Positions 9,966 to 20,974 of a stretch of DNA of 64,000 nucleotides are shown piece after piece. This DNA is from a virus (lineage: Duplodnaviria > Caudoviricetes): IMG/VR virus record IMGVR_UViG_3300037067_003427, positions 5,505 to 69,504 of that record; one strand, written 5' to 3'. Position numbers and translations under genes: made by a program. Every line of letters begins with the position of its first letter. The stretch's first letter is position 1. Below the pieces are notes generated by a model. The model saw nothing but the letters and a program-made list of their open reading frames with translations. It did not search any database and was not told the DNA's origin.

Positions 9966-10271
9966 TCCCGAAATTAAGAATTGATTTTAAATACTTCTAA
10001 ACTTACATATATTCATTGTCAAGTAGATATTTTAGAATTTGTTTCCACTTTTACTATCTTAACCCTTACAACACTCAAATTCAGATACTTTTTTAATTGG
10101 TTCCATTGCATACCCCAAACAACACCAACATCTTGTACTATGGCTTTAATAGCATCATGTCTGGTCCTTCTGATGGTACGGTTATGTAACCAAGGATAAC
10201 GTCCGTTGTATTGTATGGCCCACATTCCTTCCCTCGTATCCCACATATTCTTCTCCGTTTCTTTTGAAGTA

Positions 10272-10556
10272 CTATTCTTTTGGAGGTTTACACTGAAAGC
10301 ATTTACATGAAGGATGATGCGCCAGAGTATTCTTAACTAATGGCGTTACTATCTTTTTGGCATCATCTTTAGTCTTTATCACTTTCGGTGTGTCAATACT
10401 CGTCTTAACTGGTTTCGCCGCTTCCTCTAACTCTTTAATCCTTTCCATGAGGACTTTACAGTTAGAACACTCCGAAGTACCAACCTTCTTTTTCGCCCTC
10501 CTTTCTTTTTGGTACGCCCTCATCTGTTCTTTGGTTCTTACCATCACAACCTCCAT
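10272..10556 (-). CDS. Hypothetical protein with Cys motifs
   Basis: CSNC and HHPSCKCFQC motifs. Confidence 0.5.
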   Translation of the reverse strand: MEVVMVRTKEQMRAYQKERRAKKKVGTSECSNCKVLMERIKELEEAAKPVKTSIDTPKVIKTKDDAKKIVTPLVKNTLAHHPSCKCFQCKPPKE

Positions 10557-10559
10557 GTA

Positions 10560-11862
10560 ACATTTTGTAACTCACATTCGCTTTGAATCCACTGTTACAC
10601 CTTATTGTAACATTGTCAAGCCGTTTTTATGATGGTCGTTGTAACTTTTTGTAACACCATTCCTATCTTTTTCTAAAATTTCCAGAACATTCAATTCCAT
10701 ATACCCTTTATTCTATTCAGGTATACCCCCCCAATACCCCCTACCACCCTTTTATAACATAGCATTATTAAAAGGGTTAGTAACATACGTAAAGTAGCTC
10801 AAACAGGTTAGTAACACGTATAAAGTAGGTTAGAGACTCATCCCGCCCCATCGATCACGAATTCCGGGTTGTACGGGCACAAGCATAAAAGAATTCTTTT
10901 ACTTGGCTTACTAATGATTACGTATATATATGATTGTCTATTGAATTGATAGTGATTAGATATAAAGGTATGCTACGCATGGATTAGGAGTATATGTCGT
11001 GTTACTTATAGCATGTATATACATTATAGATATCCCATCGCCCCTGCGTTAAGAAACGATCTATCCCTTACTGTGTCTACGATTGCTCATATGCGTCAAC
11101 TGTTGACGCAGTTATATATTGTGCCCCTTTGTATATACGGTTTACATATCATTGTAAACCCGCCATCTATTCCATAATCGAATAATAGATTGCAGCATAT
11201 GAATAGCCTGTCTTGTGTAAGTCAATACAGTGTTGAGATAGAGAAGAGAAGGAAATAGAAAGGCTTGGGGATACTGTTCAGCAACTACTGAAATATGAGT
11301 AATCTGATTATTGAATAGATATGATTATGCTTTTATACTCTCATTGGAAATACTATATACCCTCACGGCGAAAGCTGAAACAGGATCGGAGTCCTATGTA
11401 AAATACCTGTCAATACGGCGTTTTGATTCCTGTGTTTTAACATGCAGGATCAACCTGATACAAATTCGACGTTTTTGCATCTTATGGCTAAGATCTCCAG
11501 CGCTTTATAAATCCCAAAACCTAAAAGAAAACATAAATATAAGGAATAGACCTTTGGGCGAAGTGTGGCATAAATATTTCCAGATGTCTGGAAAAGTGCG
11601 CAAAGTATTTCACACCTGTTTTATAACCCTTGATATTGCTACTCTTTATGGTGTGTAAATGTTTACGCAGTGTGAACGTAAATAAACACTAATATGATGC
11701 AAAACATCCCCTATATCAGCCATGTCAAATGATAGATAAAATGATAAACACGTATAACTATATGATATTACATTGATAAAAATAAATATTGAAAATGTTA
11801 ATAATTGGCAGACCATATGCATGTATAAAAGGCAAATAACATAATAATAGGAGGGAAAAATC
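10560..11862. promoter_or_regulatory. Non-coding divergent control region, candidate genome-terminus or packaging region
   Basis: No convincing ORF; strand switch from late to early genes; imperfect 27-bp direct repeats (10771-10797, 10802-10828); perfect inverted repeat TGCGTCAAC-T-GTTGACGCA (11092-11110). Confidence 0.45.
11578..11593. repeat. Dispersed 16-bp quasi-palindrome, copy 3
   Basis: TTCCAGATGTCTGGAA, about 270 bp upstream of the first early ORF. Confidence 0.95.
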
Positions 11863-14800
11863 ATGAAAGTAGAAAAAAGAATTGAAAGTGGATCGGTAGT
11901 TGTGGAGATTACTCTTAACGAGGAAGAACAAAAAACCATGATCGGAGTAGGTGTGCAAGAAGGTGGAAGCTCTTGGACTGTGTCAAAGGATAATCCCATC
12001 AAAAACTTTGCCTGTCTGCTGCGGGCACACTATGGGAGTTATAAGGATATCCCATTGACGCTACTGATGCAAGATAACTACTGTGTGCCAAAACCGTGCT
12101 TTGACCTCACCGCACAGCAAATCCTTGAGATTGCATTAAAAAACTATGATGCAATTTTGCAAGCAAAAGCAGATGCACACGCGCTCTGTGGGGTTGCGGA
12201 GTGCGTCTCACAAAAATCAGCCGTGGAATTTTTAGCCACGGAAAACCGGCTCTTATATCGGACAAGCAAAGGGCAAATCAAACCGATTGAATAAGTTAAT
12301 AGTTGGCTCAATATATGTATATATAAAAGGTAAAACATAAACTGGGAGGTTTAAAAAATGGATCATACAAAAGGACCGTGGAAATGTCAGGTTATACCAA
12401 CAACAACACGCAGTGGGGATGAAGTTTTTGTGAATATCTATAGTCAAGGCGGTTATGCTTGTGGGAGAGCTTACGGCGAAAGTATTAAAGAGTGCTTTTC
12501 CATTGCTCGCCTTATCGCCGTTGCTCCTGAATATGATGAACTTATTAATGAAATTGCCAATGATCTTGGGTATGCAGAATGGGCAACGCCAAAACACGCA
12601 GAAGACATTTTATGTGAATTGATTAAAAAATATCATACAAGGTTACGTGCGGCAATCGCTAAATCAAAAGGGAATTTATAACAAATCGGTCAGTGGTTCA
12701 GTTTATTGGGAATAACAGGAGGCAACGAGCAATGAAAGTTGAGAATATGACAGGTAATAGCGGACGAGAGATTCCAAATCAATTTATAATTCGTGATGAT
12801 AAAGGAAATGTTTTCTTTCAGTCCTATCAAAGCATCATCGTCAAGATTGACAAAAACGGAAACACGTTTCTTGATCGGAATAAATGGGATTATTCAAAAA
12901 CCACCGGCAAATATAGAAACGAGTTTCTAAGAGAAACCAAAAAGGACACAGAAAAGAAGATCAAAACCGGCGAGTATAAACTTGCAAATTTGAATTAATC
13001 CTCCTGTCAACAACCCCCTTCACCTTGAGGAAGTGGAGGGAGAGATTGACCGGATGATTAAAATTGAAAGGAGATTAACACATGAAGCCATTAAAAAAGA
13101 TAAAAGATAATCGCGTAAAATGCAAAACTAACGAAACAGATTGCACTGGAGGAATGGAATGTCTTTCAGATACCAACCCCCCATTAAAAACCTGCAAAAA
13201 GTGTTTGTGTTATACTTGCACAAACGGAAAATGCCGAAACTATAAAAGGCTTTAGGATGCAAAAGGAGACACAACCATGACCATGCAAGAACTTGAAACA
13301 CTGAACATTGGCGATCTTGTTAATGTCATACTCCCTTCTTGGGGTACAACCATCAAGGGCTGGCGCGTTGTTTCACAAGTGCGGAGATATTACATCACCA
13401 TTGACAGCAATGGAATTAGAGATTTAATTGTGCATCCAAGAGAAGTTTTAGCAATAAAAAGGAGGGTCAAATAATGAGATTCACGCTTGAAATTAAGATG
13501 GATAATGCAGCCTTTGAAGATGATCCGAGCTATGAAGTAGCAAGGATACTAAGGGAAACGGCAAAACGGATTGAAGGACACCCGCATTTTTCACCTGGGC
13601 ATGAACAACCTTTGCATGATGTAAACGGTAACAATGTTGGTTGTTTTGACGTTTGGAAATGAAAGGAGGACACCTTGAACCGATTAAATACTTTCGATGA
13701 TGATTTGTTGGAGAGGATGAAAAGAGCGGCTGATTACATCGGCAGAAAATCCAATGAAAAACTTCTTCGGGCACACACAAGAACGGAGTTTGGATTTTTA
13801 GCCATTTGTATTCTTGAACTTGTCATGATTGCTTATTTACTGGGGAGGTGAAAAGTGAAACCAGAAATCAGGAAAGCGATTGAGGAGTTGATTCCATTAT
13901 ATGATGAAGTTGATTCTTCAGATTTGGAAGGGATCGCAACGGCCAAGGCTTATGAAATAATCAAAAAGGCTAAACCCACGCAGAACGCCTTGATTAGTAT
14001 GCTGGAAATTATGGACTTAGCCGATATTATCCTTGAAGGCGCTTACGATGAAATCAATGCAAGGGAAAGAACCGAAGCAACACAGGAGGGGTCCTATGAT
14101 TGATATTGTAATAATTATTGTAATTCTAATATTTATATTTGTGAAGAGAGGGGATTAAATCATGGTATATGTAACGTATTACATAACCGATGACAACGAA
14201 ACAGTCATTGTTTATGGTGGAACTGACAAAGCCAAAGCGGTGGCGGCAATGAAAAAGGGCCCCATAGTAAGAACATCATATCTCAATAAGTGGGAAGATG
14301 AAGAATTGATTTCGGAATACTACCAAGAATGGTGGCGTAATCACCGTGGGGGATTTGTAAGAAGTGTTGGAGAAGTTATTGAATTAGAACATTGGAACTG
14401 TATCGAGTGCGGCAATAGAATCATGGAAGATGATAAGGTGGCGCTTCTCATCCTGGATCAAACTGGACTGTGTAGAGAATGTGCTGATAAACAACAAACG
14501 GAAGATCGGAAGGAAATAGAGGGGATAAATGGACCTTATAAGCGCCCTTAAACGGGCAAATGAAGAGAAAACGGCTTTCATTAACGTACTTTTGGGTGAT
14601 GGCCACATAGCCGACAAGCATCTCAGACAACGGGTAAGCGATCTTGAGCTTCAGAATGAAAATCTGATGCAGGAAGTAATCGATCTTACAGAATCACTGG
14701 AAAAAGAAAGGGGAAAATAATGGAAGTAGTCACCAAAGAAAACAATGATCTTGCACGGCTCAAGGTATGCAAAGAATGCAGAAAGACAACATATACATGT

Positions 14801-15090
14801 TGCGAGTTCTCACGAAAAGATAACCAAAGCGATAGTGAATTTACATCTTTGGTATGTCCATTTTGTTATGAACCGGCATTGTGCTATGTCAAGGAAGGAG
14901 GGGGAATATAATGGACGTAAGTTTTGATGCTACCAGAGACAGGGGAACGGTACGTTTGCACCAAGTAAGCCAAGAGGAATTTGATAAATGGGTTCGTTTG
15001 ACCGAAGCGAAAATAGTGCCCCTGCCGGACAATCATTGCGAAACAGCTTCTTTTAATATAGGAAGCGTGGAGATTATATTGTTTACTTAA
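11863..15090 (+). other. Cluster of about 11 short early-type ORFs (11863-12294, 12358-12681, 12732-12998, 13082-13255, 13277-13474, 13474-13662, 13855-14103, 14162-14551, 14529-14720, 14720-14911, 14911-15090)
   Basis: Co-oriented, mostly with GGAG(G)-type RBS; includes common phage early-protein motifs (HTKGPW...ARLIAVAP; FQSYQSII...WDYSKTTGKYRNEFL; IKMDNAAFEDDP...VARILR). Confidence 0.7.
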
Positions 15091-15436
15091 AAAACATCTT
15101 TAATTCTTCAATCCTATCAGCAATAAAGGGGGCATCGTATTTCACGATTACGAGTCCCCTTTTTTGCAGTTTTTCATATGCTTCTCTTCCAATCACATCA
15201 ATGCTCATAATTCTTTTTGTTTCCTTAGCGGAATCGAGTAAACGATGGCAGTCATTACACCCTCCTAAGCCATTCAGAGGATCAAAACGGGTGTTTTTTG
15301 TTTCTCTTGTGATAATATGACAGGAAGAAGTTGTAGCCTTTACCTTACAGAATCGGCATATAGGATCACGTTTTCTGATTACCATAGACCACAAATTGTC
15401 AGCTTTTTTCTGTAGGTTAGTTTTTTGTGTGTTCAT
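15083..15436 (-). CDS. NinG/Rap-like HNH-fold endonuclease
   Basis: ADNLWSMVIRKRD, CRFC, HIITR...RFDPLNG...CNDCH. Confidence 0.7.
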   Translation of the reverse strand: MNTQKTNLQKKADNLWSMVIRKRDPICRFCKVKATTSSCHIITRETKNTRFDPLNGLGGCNDCHRLLDSAKETKRIMSIDVIGREAYEKLQKRGLVIVKYDAPFIADRIEELKMFFK

Positions 15437-15620
15437 GAGTCCTGCACAATAGTAATTTCCCCACCAGATTCTAAAAATTCTTTTACCTGTTTCTCTAGCA
15501 CCACTCTATCTGCACCCTTGTTGGTCATTCTAGGAAAAGACATGTCTTTTTTCTTGTATGCTTCTCTTTCCCTGTAATTGTTTGGTCTCATATTCTCACG
15601 TTCTTCGTGCAACAATCCCA

Positions 15621-16088
15621 TCATGCCTCCATAAAGTGTTCTGAAATTTCCATTGCTCTTTCCATAGTAAGCGATTTCCGTTCGCTCATTTCTTCTTCAC
15701 ATAAAAAGTCTCTTATAGTGATATAAAAGAACTTCTTATATTTTCGTGGCTGATAAAAACATATAACCACATAAGCAGGGATATTGGAAAGGTTAAAACA
15801 GTCAAAAGGCTTTGGAACCCCAAATCTGGTCTTATTTCCGCTGAAGATGGGAGAGTCGGGTATCTTATAGAACATTCCCTTTTCTCCGCTTATTTGTGTC
15901 AAATATTCCTTTTGGTGAGGCTTTACTGCGGAAAACAGAATAGATGATGTCTTCGCCAACTTCAATTCAAACACTCCTTTGAGGGTATTATGATCTCGGA
16001 ATAGGACCTGAGCTTGAGCTTCTTTCACTTTTTCTTTTCCTTTTTCACGTTCTTTAACAATTCCTTTATGGTAATCTTTTATTTTCAA
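15621..16088 (-). CDS. Putative PD-(D/E)xK nuclease, RecU-like Holliday junction resolvase
   Basis: YKIPDSP...KPFDCF motif; VFELK motif. Confidence 0.45.
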   Translation of the reverse strand: MKIKDYHKGIVKEREKGKEKVKEAQAQVLFRDHNTLKGVFELKLAKTSSILFSAVKPHQKEYLTQISGEKGMFYKIPDSPIFSGNKTRFGVPKPFDCFNLSNIPAYVVICFYQPRKYKKFFYITIRDFLCEEEMSERKSLTMERAMEISEHFMEA

Positions 16089-16256
16089 TTATTTTGGCCA
16101 TAATTTGTACGAATAATGCAACTGGTACATATACCCAAAATAAAAACCACATCAACTCGGTAGCGTTTACAGCAGCCAATATTCGATACAAAAGAAAATA
16201 CCAGATCGGCATCACTATAAAAATTGCCAACATGCCAGAAACAATCTTTAAACCTG

Positions 16257-16820
16257 TCATTTTTTCTTCTCCTTTGCTTTTTTCATATCAGTTACAAGCG
16301 TCATTGACGTTGTTAAACCACACTTTTTACATTTGTTCATCATCCATGTTTCCGTTTCGTGTTCACAGGTATCCTTCGGCTTCTTGCTTAAATTATCAGA
16401 AAGGTTCCGGCAGGAGTTCGTTTTGGCCATGTGGAGTAGTTCTTCCTTTTCTTCGTCTGTTTTTCCTCGGGCGTAAGGAAGGATTTCAATTAAGCGATAC
16501 GGGAAGATTCCAGATAATTCCAGATGTCTGGAAATTACAGGGTAGAGTTCTTTAACAACTCCCATGATGTTGTTTCCGGTGGATTTCTTAAGCCCGATCT
16601 CATTTTCCATCCAGTGATTGAAATTCTTGGCTTCAGATCCATCGCTTTGCCACACCCGGAACGCTTTGGCGGCAAGAAGATATGCCCCCAGATGAAATAC
16701 ATCATCGCACATATCCATTTTTGACTGTTCGATTCCCTGTTTGACTGAATGGACAATAGTGGAATTATCCTTTTCATCAATCTTGGTTAATGCGTTTATA
16801 ATCTCCCTATTTTGCATCAT
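16257..16820 (-). CDS. Hypothetical protein (C-terminal CEH...CKKC zinc motif)
   Basis: 187 aa ORF within the operon. Confidence 0.55.
   Translation of the reverse strand: MMQNREIINALTKIDEKDNSTIVHSVKQGIEQSKMDMCDDVFHLGAYLLAAKAFRVWQSDGSEAKNFNHWMENEIGLKKSTGNNIMGVVKELYPVISRHLELSGIFPYRLIEILPYARGKTDEEKEELLHMAKTNSCRNLSDNLSKKPKDTCEHETETWMMNKCKKCGLTTSMTLVTDMKKAKEKKK
16518..16533. repeat. Dispersed 16-bp quasi-palindrome, copy 4
   Basis: TTCCAGATGTCTGGAA inside the CDS (encodes part of ISRHLE). Confidence 0.95.
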
Positions 16821-17527
16821 ACCTCCTTTGTTTTCTTAATAGCGTTCCTACTTATTATTTCCCTTTGTCCGTCCTCAAACTCAACAAGTGCGGAGTTTGC
16901 CCTACCCCTAACAATGACCTTGCATTTTCGGCCATACATCGAAAGGCGCTTTTCATTGTTTTTCCATTTATAAACATAAACCATATCTCTTTTGGCTTTT
17001 TTATCCATTATATCAGTAATTGGATCAGACCATCTAAGGACGATATATGCTGGAATAATGGGCGTTGTGTTGTAAAAACAATACCATTTGCCCGGAGTTA
17101 ATTTGACTTTATTAGAGATTAAATTATCCATCATAGTTCCCTCATTTCCGTTTCCAATGTTATCTTAAAGTTGTCCACATCTTCCATAAATTTCTGTCTT
17201 ACCGTATAAACGCTTACTCCATGTTTTCTGGCCAATCGATTAAAGAATACTTCTCTCGCCTGAAGTTCTGTATAGGCATAGCAATAAAGGATCAGTAATT
17301 CCCTTGAATAGTTAAATATCCCCTTCCACCGCTGTTTTATCTTAGAAATTTTCTTCTTCATGATATGCTTTCCAAAATGAACGGGAATATCTTTCGATTG
17401 TTTTTTTGTTGTCTACCAAAACATACACCTTGTCATCAGTGCAAGAGATAAGATATCCAAGCGTTATTCCCTTTTCAAGATGGTCCATACCCCTGCGCGT
17501 CATAATAACTCTTATTCGTCCGTACAT
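16817..17527 (-). other. Three short hypothetical ORFs (16817-17134, 17131-17361, 17342-17527)
   Basis: Overlapping start and stop codons in the same operon. Confidence 0.6.
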
Positions 17528-19176
17528 TTATCATCCTCCATTCTTCTCCATGACGATGTATTTGTAAATTTACATCCTTCAACCAACTTAAACTCTATTT
17601 GAAGCCTATTCGGATTCATTTTTGAATTACGCCAGTTCTTTGCCTTTACGATTTTTAATTTGTTTGGTGCAAGTGAAAGATATAAACGAGGTAGGTTTTT
17701 GGTCCTTTCACCGCCTTCACCCGTTTCCCTTCCTTTTGGCTTTTGAAGGGCAATGAAAGCTATCCCTTTTCCAAGCGCCTTCCCTATTTTTTTGATAAAT
17801 CCTGCCATAAGATAGAAGTTATCAAACAGTTCAAGGTAATCGATTATATTTATATCATCTGGGAAGATCACCTGATCAAAATCATCATACCGTTCGTAAA
17901 AATGGAAATTCGTATTTGTCGCAGCATCAGGCCAAAAGTAATCGGCACGATCCAAAAATTCCTGTTTTCCCATCTCTGTGCTGAAATAATGCACCTGAAA
18001 ACTATCTACATTCTTTTTTGCAAAATTCATCAGGAAGGCGCTTTTCCCAGAATCAGATTCTCCGGCAATAACATAAACACAACCCGGCATCGGTTTTATC
18101 AAAGACTCTATCCCAAGGGGAAATTCAACTGCAAGCTCTCCATGAAGGTCTGACCTATCAGAAAGATTAATAACTTTTAAGTTTTTGTTAATCGTTCTGT
18201 ATGTTCCTGTATTCCCTCCTGTTATTTTATCAATCAGTCTATCTTCACCCTCAGAAATACGCTTCAAAATTATTGAAACATTCTTCTTATCCATCCTTGT
18301 AGACACTTGGAGACAGTTGTATACGGTTTGTAGATTAAATGTTCCCTCTTGTAGACACACCCATTCCTTAATTTCTTGGGCAAAACTTTTTTCCCGTTTT
18401 TCATTTCGGTTCAGTGCAGAAATAATTTTTGCTTCAATTTCGTTTTCCGGAAAAGGAGGGTTACAATTTTTAGCAAGTATGTTAATAACTTGTCTTATCT
18501 CATCTTCTGAAGTTCGAGAAATGGCAAGTTGATTTGCAATATGGAAAAGGTCCTGATCTCTTCTTCCGACAGTGAACATTTTGTAGACACTTGAAGACGT
18601 TTGGAGACTACGTAGACGATTTAGATTTTGACCGTCTACAGACTCCTTATATATAAATGCATATATATTATCTAATATGACTTGCCCCGGCGCGGCCAGC
18701 GGCGTGTCAAAAATTGAATTTGTCCACTGGTAGGGATTACCATTTCCATTAACAGAAGGAGGGGCAACAATATAATTCCCTTCTGCCCGAACATCGATTG
18801 CAATTTCTTCATTTACAACACCTTTAAGATCTGTGTTGTCTGGGCATCTGAAATATAAATGTTCTCCATTTTGGGGAGTGGTGGCAGAAGGAACAACCAA
18901 GGAGTCTGAAAATATTTTTATTGCTACATCATCATCGAACTGGTCCTTGTATCGATCAAGGTCAACTACAAAGAGGTTTGATATCTTACCTGTTACTATT
19001 CCCACGTTTGCTTTAGGGGTATTCATCCACCAAGAAGTAATTGCGTTTCGATCAGCTTTGATAGTCTGGAAGGGTTCCCATTTAATGAGTGGTTTTTTGA
19101 GTCCCGGGATTAATGGAATGACCGAGAATCCCATATCGCAATATTGGAGGGCGGCTGCAAGAAACGGGTTTACCAT
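17512..19176 (-). CDS. Bifunctional primase-polymerase (Prim-Pol) fused to a RecA-fold helicase
   Basis: N-terminal GFSVIPL...KPLIKW...ANVGIVTG...VVDLD, GEHLYF, DVRAEGNYIVAPPS; C-terminal Walker A AGESDSGKS and IIDYL; start moved to MVNPFL. Confidence 0.85.
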   Translation of the reverse strand: MVNPFLAAALQYCDMGFSVIPLIPGLKKPLIKWEPFQTIKADRNAITSWWMNTPKANVGIVTGKISNLFVVDLDRYKDQFDDDVAIKIFSDSLVVPSATTPQNGEHLYFRCPDNTDLKGVVNEEIAIDVRAEGNYIVAPPSVNGNGNPYQWTNSIFDTPLAAPGQVILDNIYAFIYKESVDGQNLNRLRSLQTSSSVYKMFTVGRRDQDLFHIANQLAISRTSEDEIRQVINILAKNCNPPFPENEIEAKIISALNRNEKREKSFAQEIKEWVCLQEGTFNLQTVYNCLQVSTRMDKKNVSIILKRISEGEDRLIDKITGGNTGTYRTINKNLKVINLSDRSDLHGELAVEFPLGIESLIKPMPGCVYVIAGESDSGKSAFLMNFAKKNVDSFQVHYFSTEMGKQEFLDRADYFWPDAATNTNFHFYERYDDFDQVIFPDDINIIDYLELFDNFYLMAGFIKKIGKALGKGIAFIALQKPKGRETGEGGERTKNLPRLYLSLAPNKLKIVKAKNWRNSKMNPNRLQIEFKLVEGCKFTNTSSWRRMEDDKCTDE

Positions 19177-19202
19177 AATTTCCTTATTACTCCCAAAAAA
19201 GA

Positions 19203-19295
19203 ACACCCATTAAAGCGGAGAGCATACCAGGAGGGATATGCATTTAATGGGTGTCTTTAATGGGATTGTTCATTTTAGCTCTCCGTAAGCTAAAA
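19203..19295 (-). terminator. Terminator/attenuator-like hairpin set upstream of the prim-pol gene
   Basis: 12-bp stem ACACCCATTAAA/TTTAATGGGTGT followed by TCTTTTTT on the minus strand; second hairpin TTTTAGCT/AGCTAAAA at 19273-19295. Confidence 0.6.
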
Positions 19296-19298
19296 AAG

Positions 19299-19502
19299 TT
19301 AAGTGTTCTTTTCGATCCTTATGTATGGGATCTTTGCTACAGGAAGTCCGATAATGGGAGACATTTTCACAGCGGAATCAAAAAAAGGAACTCGTTTGGT
19401 ATAAATCCATGAGTTTATGGTTGTAACCTTAAAACCGGCCTTTTTTAATTCCTTGCGATATTTCTTTACCAAAAGTCGAAATTTTGTCTTATTGGTTTTC
19501 AA
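19299..19502 (-). CDS. Small Cro/XRE-like HTH protein
   Basis: 67 aa, basic; ELKKAGFKVTTINSWIYTKRVP resembles an HTH recognition helix. Confidence 0.45.
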   Translation of the reverse strand: MKTNKTKFRLLVKKYRKELKKAGFKVTTINSWIYTKRVPFFDSAVKMSPIIGLPVAKIPYIRIEKNT

Positions 19503-20862
19503 TTATCTCGTATTCCCTTATCCAATCAATCACAGCTTCAGAAAATCCATCAACATGGGTCCATGCGCCATAGCCGACACCGTTCTGAGCGGAGGCAACA
19601 TTAATCAAATAGTTATGCTTTCCAAGCAGACGCGCCTTTGAGGGCGAGTCGTCATAGCCAATTCCGCAATCCTGTTCATCGGTAATGACAATCACGCGGT
19701 CAACGTCACCCTCGGCCTTGTAGACAAAATCCATGACCTGCTTCAAGAAAATGCCTCCACCGCCGAGAGGACGACAAAGCTGATAAATGGCATCCGACAG
19801 AGCGAAGCCGTGGCGGGAAGGAACCAACTGAGTCTTGTGGACTCGCGTACTATCATTCCCCGCTGTCGCGTAAATAATCGGAACTTCGCACAACTCCCTA
19901 ACAAGGATAGCCAATGAACAGGCGACGTTTGCCCGATCAATTTCGGAGTATTTTGATACCGGGTTCCCATACATGCTCCCCGAAACATCAACAACCATTG
20001 CGGTCTTTCCGGGAAGTTTCGTAAATTGCGATAGGCAATTCAGCATGGGAGTCTCAATCGCCTCTTCTGCCCACAGGTTATGTTTGGCGGCTACGATGAA
20101 CCTAAAAGGCAAAACTCGGTCTGTTTTCATTCTCGCTAATGAATCTTGGATAAGAGACTCCGGCACCTTGGCCTCTTTCATGTTACGCAGGTTTCGCAAG
20201 AAAGCCAAGGCCCCCAATTTATTCTCAGAAATCAATCGTTCCCATGTTTCTTTTTTATCTTTTCCAGAAGACAATGCAACTTCCCATGTATCCGGAGGAG
20301 ATAGGGTTCCACAAACAAGATCATTCCAATCAGCAGATTGCAAAACGTCTTTTGGCTTTGCGTGACAAAGGAAAAGAACATCACGAAGTTTTATTGTTTC
20401 GTCACGATTATACTTTGCCAGTTGATAGGCGTTGAATTTTGTAAACGCTGAAGCAAGACCTTTTTTTACCTGAGCAGAAAGTGGTTGCTTGCCTTCTTTC
20501 CAGTATATAGCAAGAAATTCGGTAAGCTCATCTGGGCGCTGAATGACTTTTGCCAACACAGAGGCGGTATTTTTATATCCAATTCTTGCCAATTCACGTA
20601 CCAGTAAAAGTGGAACATGGCGAAGTTTGAACTTTTCTCGTGCTTCAATGGCCAATTCCGCTACTTTTTGTGAATCAACATCATTTACAAGAGAAGCAAT
20701 GCGAGAGGCAACCGTTTCTCCGTCTTCATAAAACTCTCTTTCCCAAAGCATACAAGAGCACACAGACCTTCGTAACTTTTGATAGGCGTTGATGTGTACC
20801 GCTTTTGCTCCTTCGTGGGTGTAAATAGGTTCTTTTTTAACTGTTTTATTCAACTTCGCCAT
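19489..20862 (-). CDS. rsr: Ro60/TROVE-domain RNA-binding protein with C-terminal VWA domain (Rsr ortholog)
   Basis: THEGAKA, LRRSVCSCMLWEREFYEDG, LRHVPLLL, IQRPDELTEFLA, AYQLAKYNR, PDTWEVALS, VVDVSGSM (MIDAS), IVITDEQ; true start MAKLNK follows RBS AAAGGAGG. Confidence 0.92.
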   Translation of the reverse strand: MAKLNKTVKKEPIYTHEGAKAVHINAYQKLRRSVCSCMLWEREFYEDGETVASRIASLVNDVDSQKVAELAIEAREKFKLRHVPLLLVRELARIGYKNTASVLAKVIQRPDELTEFLAIYWKEGKQPLSAQVKKGLASAFTKFNAYQLAKYNRDETIKLRDVLFLCHAKPKDVLQSADWNDLVCGTLSPPDTWEVALSSGKDKKETWERLISENKLGALAFLRNLRNMKEAKVPESLIQDSLARMKTDRVLPFRFIVAAKHNLWAEEAIETPMLNCLSQFTKLPGKTAMVVDVSGSMYGNPVSKYSEIDRANVACSLAILVRELCEVPIIYATAGNDSTRVHKTQLVPSRHGFALSDAIYQLCRPLGGGGIFLKQVMDFVYKAEGDVDRVIVITDEQDCGIGYDDSPSKARLLGKHNYLINVASAQNGVGYGAWTHVDGFSEAVIDWIREYEIIENQ

Positions 20863-20890
20863 ACTTTCTCCCTCCTTTAATGTGATTAAT

Positions 20891-20965
20891 TTGGGGGAAC
20901 AAGCGGTTTTCGGTAGTTGCCTTTCGGCCTTCCCATATGAAGTAACTGAAACCTTCGCCACCCAA
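20891..20965 (-). ncRNA. Y-RNA-like module 3 (about 75 nt)
   Basis: TTGGG-TGGCGAAG-GTTTCAG-TTACTTC...GCC-GAAA-GGC...CGAAAAC-CGCTTGTTC-C-CCCAA; the two ends pair. Confidence 0.7.
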
Positions 20966-20974
20966 AAGATTATA

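Noticed and set aside
19229-19288. Plus-strand SD + 16-codon ORF inside the hairpin as a type I toxin
   Set aside because: The peptide (MHLMGVFNGIVHFSSP) is too short and not clearly membrane-spanning, and no promoter was identified.
20853-20862. TGGCGAAG at the Ro60 start codon as a fourth Y module
   Set aside because: There is no TTACTTC or complementary strand nearby; it is explained by the codons for Met-Ala-Lys.
20863-20961. ORF-track N-terminal extension of TROVE (start at 20961)
   Set aside because: It overlaps Y-like module 3 and lacks an RBS. The ATG at 20862 has AAAGGAGG upstream and starts the recognisable domain.
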